Source of the DNA: Haliotis cracherodii | Taxonomy: Eukaryota | NCBI RefSeq assembly: GCF_022045235.1 | Contig: NW_027266271.1 | Location: 17,422,001 to 17,486,000 of the forward strand | Reading direction: 5' to 3' | DNA length: 64,000 nucleotides | Shown here: one piece after another, positions 12,845 to 23,714 of the stretch | How positions within the stretch are numbered: position 1 is the first letter of the stretch | Layout of the letters: every line of letters starts with the position of its first letter | Translations under genes and position numbers: made by a program | The notes under the pieces: generated by a model | Told to the model about the DNA's origin: nothing | What the model saw: the letters and a program-made list of their open reading frames with translations, nothing else | Databases searched by the model: none

Positions 12845-13877
12845 TGTAACGAAGGTGTCACGCGCTGGGAAGGAGCACCATGCACTCACCAGATTACTAT
12901 GTATTCCTGTACTCGGAAAAGTACCTGGCCAAGCTAGTCATTTTTTTTTATTGCTGCGCTAAGGCCAAACTGCGAACACACGTACAGGTAATAGATGTTG
13001 AATGTTATTTTTAAGAAATATTACGTTACTAAAAAGAAGTCTAGGGGAAACACTTGGTTGTGTGTAACCTCAATAAAGTAACGGTTTCAGGACTCTTCAT
13101 GTGGCATAAGCTATAGCATAGAGTTATGCCCCTTCCGTTAGTTGTTCGGCACCATTTACTCACCAGGTTCTCTGACATCTAACCCATGTTACGAAAGTGG
13201 CATATCAGAATGTCCGTTCATTTTAAAACAGTATCAACATGTGTAATCATAAAAAAAAGGGGAAATTTCAGGAGACTGGATGAATGTTGTTTTTAGGCCT
13301 CACATTGGTACAATGTGTGAAGCCTATTTCTTGTGTTCCCGGTTGATATTGATGGAATATTGCTAAAAGTGGCGTAAAGTCCCACTCACTCACTCAGGAT
13401 TACGATCAGCATGAAATGCTGGGGATCTGATTTGATCGGTCTGGCGAAGAGGAACTCGCCTTTAAGTTAATGATCAATGGGGTTACATGCTGTATAGCAT
13501 TTTTTACCCGTGGGCATTCCGGGTTAGAATTTTTTCCGAGCAACCTATGTTGGTCGTACGAGGCAACTTAATGGAACGGTTGGTCAGGTCAGGCTCGGTG
13601 ACTTGATTGATTATTCGTGACGTCGTTCCCCGGATAGTTGCTCACAATATCACTAGATCGTCTGGTCTAGACTCGATTACTAACAGGCTGCCGTCATTAT
13701 AGCTGGAATATTGTCAAGTGCGGCGTTAAACAACAAACATCCAACAGCTCAAGGTACAGTCCAAGTAAACTGCTATCACTGATTCCTTTATTACTGCTTC
13801 AGTTTCTTACTACATCAGGCATCCGTTAAGTGCCCGGTTAAAACATAACATGAAATATACTAGGCCATTGTTTCTCC

Positions 13878-15092
13878 TTATTCCACCCCAGTACAAGAGC
13901 TACACAAGGCAGTCCAGTCTTTATGACGCAGTGTGATGGCGTCTTTCACAATCTGTGGAAGAGAAAACGATTCTACACACGAAATCTTCCTACCGAGCCG
14001 TCTTCTGATATTCATCACACTCAAGTCCTTCAGTGTTCGTGGGTTAGTCGCAATGGTCTGGAACCGATTAATCATATCGGTCCAGGGGACGTCACTGACG
14101 TCGTCAATGCATGGCGACAGAGCTTCAATGGGATTATGCCCGGATGCCACAAGAAGCTCGGCAAGAACGATCGTTTCCTCATCTTTAGGGCCGTCATACC
14201 TGATCAAAACTGCAAACGGAGTTCGGCCACAGCTGTCAGTTTTGTGCAGGGCGACGTTCCGGTCAACTATTAGGTAATGGGCGATGTTGTAGAGATGGTA
14301 CCAAACTGCCTGATGTAGAGGCGTGTTTCCAAAACTCTCGGCTACCTCAGGGTCTGCTCCATAGGATGTTAACAGTTTCAACATGTCTGTCTTACCCGAG
14401 ACTATGCCTTCTATGAACGGGGTTTCACGGTCATGGCTGATCTGATTCACGTCTGCGCTTGTTTCAAGTAAAGCACGTGCTGTGCTCGTGAATCCTCCAC
14501 GTGCAGCTGTGTGTAGGGGTGTGTAGTCGTACTCTGGATTGGTGTATACCTCCGGATTATTGGCAACAAGGAAGTCCAAGATTTCGGGACATTTGCTGTC
14601 AGCTGCGGCCCCGAATATGACGTTCTTTTCCCTGGTGTCACCATGTGCCCCTGCCGCTACTAAATACCTCGCGACATTCACCAGAAGCTGCGCTTCGGTT
14701 CCAAACATACGACTTCTTGCTGTCCAATGTAGAGGGGAGAAGAGTGCCTCCCTGTTCACATCAACACCATGTTCCTCCACAAGGACTTTAACGACGTTCA
14801 GATGTCCCATCTCGCAGGCCAGATGAAGAGGACTGCAGCCAGGGAACCCTTCGTGAAAACTGTGCTCATATCTGTCAAAGCCCTCGGATATGAGGTATTT
14901 CACCAACTCCACATGTCCAATATAAGCTGCCACGCCTACAGCACGTATAACGCGATTCTGGCTGGTGCTTTTAACACTCCTGTAGTAATTGTCTGCTTTG
15001 ATTGTGTTTACCGCTATGTGCTTCGCTACCAGGTACTTGTCTCCAGTTTTTATCAGATTATGAAAATCGTTCATACTTCTATCCCGTGTCAT
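13878..15092 (-). CDS. Ankyrin repeat and SOCS box protein (ASB-like), copy 1, 404 aa
   Basis: ~7-8 ankyrin repeats (SPLHLAC..GH, TPLHTAA..G, TPLHQA). C-terminal SOCS box PRTLKDLSVMNIRRRL...SLPQIVKDAI. Splice acceptor TTTATTTGCAG 35 nt upstream of the ATG. Confidence 0.9.
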   Translation of the reverse strand: MTRDRSMNDFHNLIKTGDKYLVAKHIAVNTIKADNYYRSVKSTSQNRVIRAVGVAAYIGHVELVKYLISEGFDRYEHSFHEGFPGCSPLHLACEMGHLNVVKVLVEEHGVDVNREALFSPLHWTARSRMFGTEAQLLVNVARYLVAAGAHGDTREKNVIFGAAADSKCPEILDFLVANNPEVYTNPEYDYTPLHTAARGGFTSTARALLETSADVNQISHDRETPFIEGIVSGKTDMLKLLTSYGADPEVAESFGNTPLHQAVWYHLYNIAHYLIVDRNVALHKTDSCGRTPFAVLIRYDGPKDEETIVLAELLVASGHNPIEALSPCIDDVSDVPWTDMINRFQTIATNPRTLKDLSVMNIRRRLGRKISCVESFSLPQIVKDAITLRHKDWTALCSSCTGVE

Positions 15093-15146
15093 TTTGATCC
15101 AGTATGTCGTTGATGAAACAGTTTAACCTGCAAATAAAACATACAA

Positions 15147-15788
15147 GACCCCGATCATATGCACAATAATATCTACGTACGTAATTCTACCACAGGTGTG
15201 AATTTACTCATGTATGTAAATAGTTTAATTTTGATCCTTTGGCATTTTCACATCATCAGTATGAAATCACTTTTAGCTCTTCGTGGAAAGAAACAGAGAT
15301 ATTTTCTGTATACATGTACAGCAATCTCAATCTTGGTCTCATTTGAGAAGTGCTAAATGTATCGACAAAATAATAGTAAGGTTTGATGGTACAACGTCGT
15401 TGTTGATAACGTTTGACGAACAGCAATGGATAGAACACTTCCGAATGAAGAAAGAAACATTTGATTACCTTTGTCGAGAGCTCCAAGAGTTTATTTGAAA
15501 GACACATGAAAATGGCATGATGCAATCGTCTCATTCTAAAAATAGCCCAACACACCCCAACTTCTCACGTGTAATTTTGCTGTGCGTTCACCTGACTAAA
15601 ATACACACGAGGGAGATATTAATATGTGCAAAGATACATTTACACTACCTCTTGACTTGAAGTAGATTTGCACACCTGGCATATTTACTGATGTGTGTGA
15701 CTGCGTTCATATGTACTATTTACCTGTGTAGTTTTACATACCTGTGTAAAAATACATATACGGATAATTGTGTGCATCTGAACAGGGT
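15147..15788 (+). mobile_element. Degenerate PIF/Harbinger-derived element (copies at 18352-18992 and 21539-22179)
   Basis: Imperfect ~50-bp TIRs (GACCCCGATCATATGCACA.. / ..TGTGCATCTGAACAGGGT) enclose a transposase relic FDEQQWIEHFRMKKETFDYLCREL. FRMxxxTFxxL is typical of Harbinger/HARBI1 N-termini. Confidence 0.72.
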
Positions 15789-17082
15789 TGTTAGAGTTTA
15801 AACATAAACGTATCTATTTCAAAAGGTTAAAATTATAGCGGATGTATCAAGTGTGAAAAGAATCTAAAGAATGGTGTTCCCACAGTGCAATAGATAAAGA
15901 ACTATGTCGCTGATAAGGCCCATTTCACAAGCGTTTGGTCAAATCTCCAATATTCATATAGACATAAAGACATATTGATAATTTATTCAGTAGAAAGGAC
16001 CAGTAGATATCATTATATAAAGAACATATCAATCAATATTAATGTGTATGTGACGTCAGAAGACTATTTGGTGCGGAACTGGGATTGGTGTGTTAAGCTT
16101 CCTGTACTCGGAAACAGGGCTGGCTAAGCTAGTCTTTTTGTTGGTTTTTATTGCTGCTCTGAGGCCAACCTGTGCACCCACGTACAGGTGATAGCTATTG
16201 AATGTTAAGCTACTTTGTTAACAAATATTTCGTTACTATAGAAGTCTATGGGAAACCATTTGGTTGTGTGTAACCTCAATAAAACAACTGTTTCAGTGGC
16301 CCGACTCTTCGTGTGGCATGTGCTCTCTAGAGTTATCTCCCTTTCGTCAGTTGCCCAGCACCATTTACTCGCCAGGTTCTGTGACATCTAACCCATGTTA
16401 CGAAAGTGGCATATCAGAATGTCCGTTCATTTTAAAACAGTATCAACATAAGAAAAGTGAAATTTCAGTACATTGATTGAATGTTGTATAACGCCGCCGA
16501 GTGAATGCTGTTCCCCGCTGTAATTGATGGAGTATTGCTAAAAGCGGCATGAAGTCCAGTTCACTCACTCACTCACTCAAGATAACGATCAGTGTGCAAT
16601 GCTGGGGATCTGATTTTATCGGTCTGACGAAGAAACCAGTATTTGCAGAGGAACTCGTCTATAAGGTAATGATAAACGGGGTTTCGTGCTGTATAGCACT
16701 TTTACCCGTGGGGGTTCCGGGTTAGAATTTGTCCCCAGCAACCTATGTTGGTCAGGCAACTTAATGGATCGGGTGGTCGGGTCAGGCTCGGTGACTTGAT
16801 TGATTATGTGTGACGTCGTTCCCCGACGGCGTGGATAGTTGCTCACAATATCAGTCACTGGATCGTCTGGTCTAGACTCGATTACTAACAGGCTGCCGTC
16901 ATTATAGCTGGAATATTGTCAAGTGCGGCGTTAAACAACAAACATACAACAGCTCAAGGTACAGTCCAAGTAAACTGCTATCACTTATTCCTTTATTACT
17001 GCTTTAATTTCTTACTACATCAGGCATCTGTTAAGTGCCCGTTTAAAAAACAACATGAAATATACAAGGCCATTGTTTCTAC

Positions 17083-18297
17083 TTATTCCACCTCAGTACA
17101 AGAGCTACACAAGGCAGTCCAGTCTTTATGACCCAGTGTGATGGCGTCTTTCACAATCTGTGGAAGAGAAAACGATTCTACACCCGAAATCTTCCTACCG
17201 AGCCGTCTTCTGATATTCATCACACTCAAGTCCTTCAGTGTTCGTGGGTTAGTCGCGATGGTCTGGAACCGATTAATCATATCGGTCCAGGGGACGTCAC
17301 TGACGTCGTCAATGCATGGCGACAGCGCTTCAATGGGATTATGCCCGGATGCCACAAGAAGCTCGGCAAGAACGATCGTTTCCACATCTTTAGGGCCGTC
17401 ATACCTGATCAAAACTGCAAACGGAGTTCGGCCACAGCTGTCAGTTTTGTGCAGGGCGACGTTCCGGTCAACTATTAAGTAATGGGCGATGTTGTAGAGA
17501 TGGTACCAAACTGCCTGATGTAGAGGAGTGTTCCCAAAACTCTCGGCTACCTCAGGGTCTGCTCCATAGGATGTTAACAGTTTCAACATGTCTGTCTTAC
17601 CCGAGACTATGCCTTCTATGAACGGGGTTTCACGGTCATGGCTGATCTGATTCACGCCTGCGCCTGCTTCAAGTAAAGCACGTGCTGTGCTCGTGAATCC
17701 TCCACGTGCAGCTGTGTGTAGGGGTGTGTAGTCGTAGTCTGGATTGGTGTAAACCTCCGGATTATTGGCAACAAGGAAGTCCAAGATTTCGGGACATTTG
17801 CTGTCAGCTGCGGCCCCGAATATGACGTTCTTTTCCCTGGTGTCACCATGTGCCCCTGCCGCTACTAAATACCTCGCGACATTCACCAGAAGCTGCGCCT
17901 CGGTTCCAAACATACGACTTCTTGCTGTCCAATGTAGAGGGGAGAAGTGTGCCTCCCTGTTCACATCAACACCATGTTCCTCCACAAGTACTTTAACGAC
18001 GTTCAGATGTCCCATCTCGCAGGCCAGATGAAGAGGACTGCAGCCAGGGAACCCTTCGTGAAAACTGTGCTCGTATCTGTCAAAGCCCTCGGATATGAGG
18101 TATCTCACCAACTCCACATGTCCCCCATAAGCTGCCACGCCTACAGCACGTATAAGGCGATTCTGGCTGGTGCTTTTAACACTCCTGTAGTAATTGTCTG
18201 CTTTGATTGTGTTTACCGCTATGTGCTTCGCTACCAGGTACTTGTCTCCAGTTTTTATCAGATTATGAAAATCGTTCACACTTCTATCCCGTGTCAT
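17083..18297 (-). CDS. Ankyrin repeat and SOCS box protein (ASB-like), copy 2, 404 aa
   Basis: Intact paralog, about 13 aa differences from copy 1. Confidence 0.9.
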   Translation of the reverse strand: MTRDRSVNDFHNLIKTGDKYLVAKHIAVNTIKADNYYRSVKSTSQNRLIRAVGVAAYGGHVELVRYLISEGFDRYEHSFHEGFPGCSPLHLACEMGHLNVVKVLVEEHGVDVNREAHFSPLHWTARSRMFGTEAQLLVNVARYLVAAGAHGDTREKNVIFGAAADSKCPEILDFLVANNPEVYTNPDYDYTPLHTAARGGFTSTARALLEAGAGVNQISHDRETPFIEGIVSGKTDMLKLLTSYGADPEVAESFGNTPLHQAVWYHLYNIAHYLIVDRNVALHKTDSCGRTPFAVLIRYDGPKDVETIVLAELLVASGHNPIEALSPCIDDVSDVPWTDMINRFQTIATNPRTLKDLSVMNIRRRLGRKISGVESFSLPQIVKDAITLGHKDWTALCSSCTEVE

Positions 18298-20269
18298 TTC
18301 GATCCAGTATGTCGTTGATGAAACAGTTTAACCTGCAAATAAAACATACAAGACCCCAATCATATGCACAATAATATCTACGTACGTAATTCTACCACAG
18401 GTGTGAATTTACTCATGTATGTAAATAGTTTAATTTTGATCCTTTGGCATTTTCACATCATCAGTATGGAATCACTTGTACCTCTTCGTGGAAAGAAACA
18501 GAGATATTTTCTGTATACATGTACAGCAATCTCAATCTTGGTCTCATTTGAGAAGTGCTAATTGTATCGACACAATAATAGTAAGGTTTGATGGTACAAC
18601 GTCGTTGTTGATAACGTTTGATGAACAGCAATGGATAGAACACTTCCGAATGAAGAAAGAAACATTTGATTACCTTTGTCGAGAGCTCCAAGAGTTTATT
18701 TGAAAGACACATGAAAATGGCATGATGCAATCGTCTCATTCTAAAAATAGCCCAACACACTCCAACTTCTCACGTGTAATTTTGCTGTGCGTTCACCTGA
18801 CTAAAATACACACGAGGGAGATATTAATATGTGCAAAGATATATTTACACTACCTCTTGACTTGAAGAAGATTTGCACACCTGGCATATTTACTCGTGTG
18901 TGATTGCGTTCATATGTACTATTTACCTGTGTAGTTTTACATACCTGTGTAAAAATACATATACGGATAATTGTGTGCATCTGAACAGGGTCGTTAGAGT
19001 TTAAATATAAACGTATCTATTTCAAAAGGTTAAAATTATAGCGGATGTATCAAGTGTGAAAAGAATCTAAAGAATGGTGTTCCCATGGTACAATAGATAA
19101 AGAACTATGTCGCTGATAAGGCCCATTTCACAAGCGTTTGGTCAAAGCTCCAATATTCATATAGACATAAAGACATATTGATAATTTATTCAGTAGAAAG
19201 GACCAGTAGATATCATTATATAAAGAACATATCAATCAATATTAATGTGTATGTGACGTCAGAAGACTATTTGGTGCGGAACTGGGATTGGTGTGTTTAG
19301 CTTCCGGCTGGCTAAGCTAGTCTTTTTGGGTTTTTTTATTGCTGCTCTGAGGCCAACCTGTGCACCCACGTACAGGTGATAGCTATTGAATGTTAAGCTA
19401 CTTTGTTAACAAATATTTCGTTACTATAGAAGTCTATGGGAAACCATTTGGTTGGTAGTAACCTCAATAAAACAACTGTTTCAGTGACCCGACTCTTCGT
19501 GTGGCATATGCTCTCTAGAGTTATCTCCCTTTCGTCAGTTGTCCAGCACCATTTACTGCCAGGTTCTCTGACATCTAACCCATGTTACGAACGTGGCATA
19601 TCAGAATGTCCGTTCATTTTAAATCAGTATCAACATAAGAAAGGTGAAATTTCAGTACATTGAGTGAATGTTGTATAACGCCGCCGAGTGAATGCTGTTC
19701 CCCGCTGTAATTGATGGAGTATTGCTAAAAGCGGCATGAAGTCCAGTTCACTCACTCACTCACTCAAGATAACGACCAGTGTGCAATGCTGGGGATCTGA
19801 TTTTATCGGTCTGACGAAGAAACCAGTATTTGCAGAGGAACTCGCCTATAAGGTAATGATAAACGGGGTTTCGTGCTGTATAGCACTTTTACCCGTGGGG
19901 GTTCCGGGTTAGAATTTGTCCCCAGCAACCTATGTTGGTCAGGCAACTTAATGGATCGGGTGGTCGGGTCAGGCTCGATGACTTGATTGATTATGTGTGA
20001 CGTCGTTCCCCGACGGCGTGAAAAGTTGCTCACAACATCAGTCACTGGATCGTCTGGTCTAGACTCGATTACTAACGGGCTCCCGTCATTATAGCTGGAA
20101 TATTGTCAAGTGCGGCGTTAAACAACAAACATACAACAGCTCAAGGTACAGTCAAAGTAAACTGCTATCACCGATTCCTTTATTACTGCTTCAGTTTCTT
20201 ACTACATCAGGCATCCGTTAAGTGCCCGGTTAAAAAACAACATGAAATATACTAGGCCATTGTTTCTCC

Positions 20270-21484
20270 TTATTCCACCTCAGTACAAGAGCTACACAAG
20301 ACAGTCCAGTCTTTATGACGCAGTGTGATGGCGTCTTTCACAATCTGTGGAAGAGAAAACGATTGTACACCCGAAATCTTCCTACCGAGCCGTCTTCTGA
20401 TATTCATCACACTCAAGTCCTTCAGTGTTCGTGGGTTAGTCGCGATGGTCTGGAACCGATTAATCATATCGGTCCAGGGGACGTCACTGACGTCGTCAAT
20501 GCATGGCGACAGAGCTTCAATGGGATTATGCCCGGATGCCACAAGAAGCTCGGCAAGAACGATCGTTTCCTCATCTTTAGGGCCGTCATACCTGATCAAA
20601 ACTGCAAACGGAGTTCGGCCACAGCTGTCAGTTTTGTGCAGGGCGACGTTCCGGTCGACTATAAGGTATTGGGCGATGTTGTAGAGATGGTACCAAACTG
20701 CCTGATGTAGAGGCGTGTTTCCAAAACTCTCGGCTACCTCAGGGTCTGCTCCATAGGATGTTAACAGTTTCAACATGTCTGTCTTACCCGAGACTATGCC
20801 TTCTATGAACGGGGTTTCACGGTCATGGCTGATCTGATTCACGTCTGCGCCTGCTTCAAGTAAAGCACGTGCTGTGCTCGTGAATCCTCCACGTGCAGCT
20901 GTGTGTAGGGGTGTGTAGTCGTAGTCTGGAATGGTGTAAACCTCCGGATTATTGGCAACAAGGAAGTCCAAGATTTCGGGACATTTGCTGTCAGCTGCGG
21001 CCCCGAATATGACGTTCTTTTCCCTGGTGTCACCATGTGCCCCTGCCGCTACTAAATACCTCGCGACATTCACTAGAAGCTGCGCGTCGGTTCCAAACAT
21101 ACGACTTCTTGCTGTCCAATGTAGAGGGGAGAAGTGTGCCTCCCTGTTCACATCAACACCATGTTCCTCCACAAGTACTTTAACGACGTTCAGATGTCCC
21201 ATCTCGCAGGCCAGATGAAGAGGACTGCAGCCAGGGAACCCTTCGTGAAAACTGTGCTCATATCTGTCAAAGCCCTCGGATATGAGGTATCTCACCAACT
21301 CCACATGTCCCCCATAAGCTGCCACGCCTACAGCACGTATAAGGCGATTCCGGGTGGTGCTTTTAACACTCCTGTAGTAATTGTCTGCTTTGATTGTGTT
21401 TACCGCTATGTGCTTCGCTACCAGGTACTTGTCTCCAGTTTTTATCAGATTATGAAAATCGTTCATACTTCTATCCCGTGTCAT
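20270..21484 (-). CDS. Ankyrin repeat and SOCS box protein (ASB-like), copy 3, 404 aa
   Basis: Intact paralog, about 11 aa differences from copy 2 and about 16 from copy 1. Confidence 0.9.
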   Translation of the reverse strand: MTRDRSMNDFHNLIKTGDKYLVAKHIAVNTIKADNYYRSVKSTTRNRLIRAVGVAAYGGHVELVRYLISEGFDRYEHSFHEGFPGCSPLHLACEMGHLNVVKVLVEEHGVDVNREAHFSPLHWTARSRMFGTDAQLLVNVARYLVAAGAHGDTREKNVIFGAAADSKCPEILDFLVANNPEVYTIPDYDYTPLHTAARGGFTSTARALLEAGADVNQISHDRETPFIEGIVSGKTDMLKLLTSYGADPEVAESFGNTPLHQAVWYHLYNIAQYLIVDRNVALHKTDSCGRTPFAVLIRYDGPKDEETIVLAELLVASGHNPIEALSPCIDDVSDVPWTDMINRFQTIATNPRTLKDLSVMNIRRRLGRKISGVQSFSLPQIVKDAITLRHKDWTVLCSSCTEVE

Positions 21485-23714
21485 TTCGATCCAGTATGTC
21501 GTTGGTGAAACAGTTTAACCTGCCAATAAAACATACAAGACCCCGATCATATGCACAATAATATCTACGTACGTAATTCTACCACAGGTGTGAATTTACT
21601 CATGCATGTAAATAGTTTAATTTTGATCCTTTGGCATTTTCACATCATCAGTATGGAATCACTTGTGGCTCTTCGTGGAAAGAAACAGAGATATTTTCTG
21701 TATACATGTACAGCAATCTCAATCTTGGTCTCATTTGAGAAGTGCTAATTGTATCGACACAATAATAGTAAGGTTTGATGGTACAACGTCGTTGTTGATA
21801 ACGTTTGATGAACAGCAATGGATAGAACACTTCCGAATGAAGAAAGAAACATTTGATTACCTTTGTCGAGAGCTCCAAGAGTTTATTTGAATGACATGAA
21901 AATGGCATGATGCAATCGTCTCATTCTAAAAATAGCCCAACACACCCCAACTTCTCACGTGTAATTTTGCTGTGCGTTCACCTGACTAAAATACACACGA
22001 GGGAGATATTAATATGTGCAAAGATACATTTACACTACCTCTTGACTTGAAGAAGATTTGCACACCTGGCATATTTACTGATGTGTGTGATTGCGTTCAT
22101 ATGTACTATTTACCTGTGTAGTTTTACATACCTGTGTAAAAATACATATACGGATAATTGTGTGCATCTGAACAGGGTCGTTAGAGTTTAAACATAAACG
22201 TATCTATTTCAAAAGGTTAATCAGGTGGATGTATCAAGTGTGAAAAGAGTCTAAAGAATGGTGTTCCCATGGTGCAATAGATAAAGAACTATGTCGCTGA
22301 TAAGGACCTTTTCACAATCGTTTGGTCAAAAGTCCAATATTCATTTATATATAAACTAGTGTCCAAAAGAAACGATACCAACTTATTTTCAAAAATTGTT
22401 TTTTACTAAGTGAATTGTCTAGTATGAAAACATGCCAATTCGTATTGCACATCCCAAACACAGCATAGTCGATAAAAAATACCGGGAACACGTGATCACT
22501 TCCGGGAAAAAAACGTAAATTTCGTGAAAGTGACATTACCCTCTCTAGCACGTGTAAAATGACTGAAATGATCATCTAAACGTCAAAATGTCATTTAATT
22601 TTTTTTCTCCATTTCTATTATTATCATAACGAATTCCAAACATTTCTATGCACTATTTTTATGCACTTTTTAATCACCCAGTGACTGAAAACGATAGGAT
22701 TAAATGAAAACGAAACTTTTAAGTCAATGTATATTATTTTCATTTTTGGCTTCAAACCTTAGCATTATTAGCCTATTGTGATGTTTTAAGCCCTTTTGAA
22801 TTCTTAATTACTTTTTGTAAATCTGACGGAGAAATAATTGCGTTTTGTTAATTGTCATTTTACACATTGACTGTAACATATACGCTTCAGCTAGGAGTAA
22901 TGTGAAGCTCGTGTCATTCGGTAGATCTCATCAGCTGCAACACGTTGTCATTGTATAATTCCTGTTAATAAAAGTTCCTGAAAAGAGCACAATATTTACA
23001 TATCGCCACCAAATGGTATTCATCCTGTACATAGTCTTGTTTTTTCTCAACACAACATCCACAGAGTATTTCCAAAACACAGCATCCGAGTATTTCATAA
23101 TGAGGAATGTTCCAAATGACGGATGAACCCTTCCTCCACATTTAACGAAACTTTGCTGCATCTACATTTTGCACAAAGCTTCTTAATATACTGAGATATG
23201 GACAATGTATTTGTGTGTGCAAAACTTGAGGCCAAAATCTTCTTTTTTAACATTTTCTAAAAAAACAAATTAAATAATTTCTCAAACGATATCCCAAAAT
23301 ACAATTTCCCGTCGAGGGTGACATTTCCGTAGTATTTCCAGAGGCCAATAATATGTCGTCTTTCGTGACAGATTGTCAGAACAGCTCTACTACTGCTGTC
23401 TTTCAAAGCCGATATGCGACGTCAAATTTAAGTTGATATCACCGCTCAGTAAGCAGTTCTAATGGTCATAGCTTTATACTGAAAAGAAACAGCATCAATG
23501 TCGTATATAAAACAAGTATTACACAAGATCGTGCCAGACTGAAAGAAGAATTCCCTTACATGGCGTGTTGTTGCTCCACGAAATCTGGACCGTGTTTTGA
23601 TCAGCAGTACACTGACTTACTTCCATGGTATCTACAGTAGCCAGCCGATTGCAGTCGTGTCTCTACAACAAGGTCAGATTAGGGAAGATCCGGGTTAGTA
23701 TATAGTATAGCAAC

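Larger units (their letters stand above)
12900..22343. repeat. Tandem triplication of a ~3.2-kb unit carrying an ankyrin/SOCS-box gene
   Basis: Homologous positions are offset by 3205 and 3187 bp (stop codons at 13878, 17083, 20270). Flanks, SINE relic and Harbinger relic are duplicated with the gene. Confidence 0.97.

Noticed and set aside
13923-15113. Antisense and alternate-frame ORFs repeated in each ASB unit
   Set aside because: They are shadow ORFs, conserved only because the DNA was recently triplicated.
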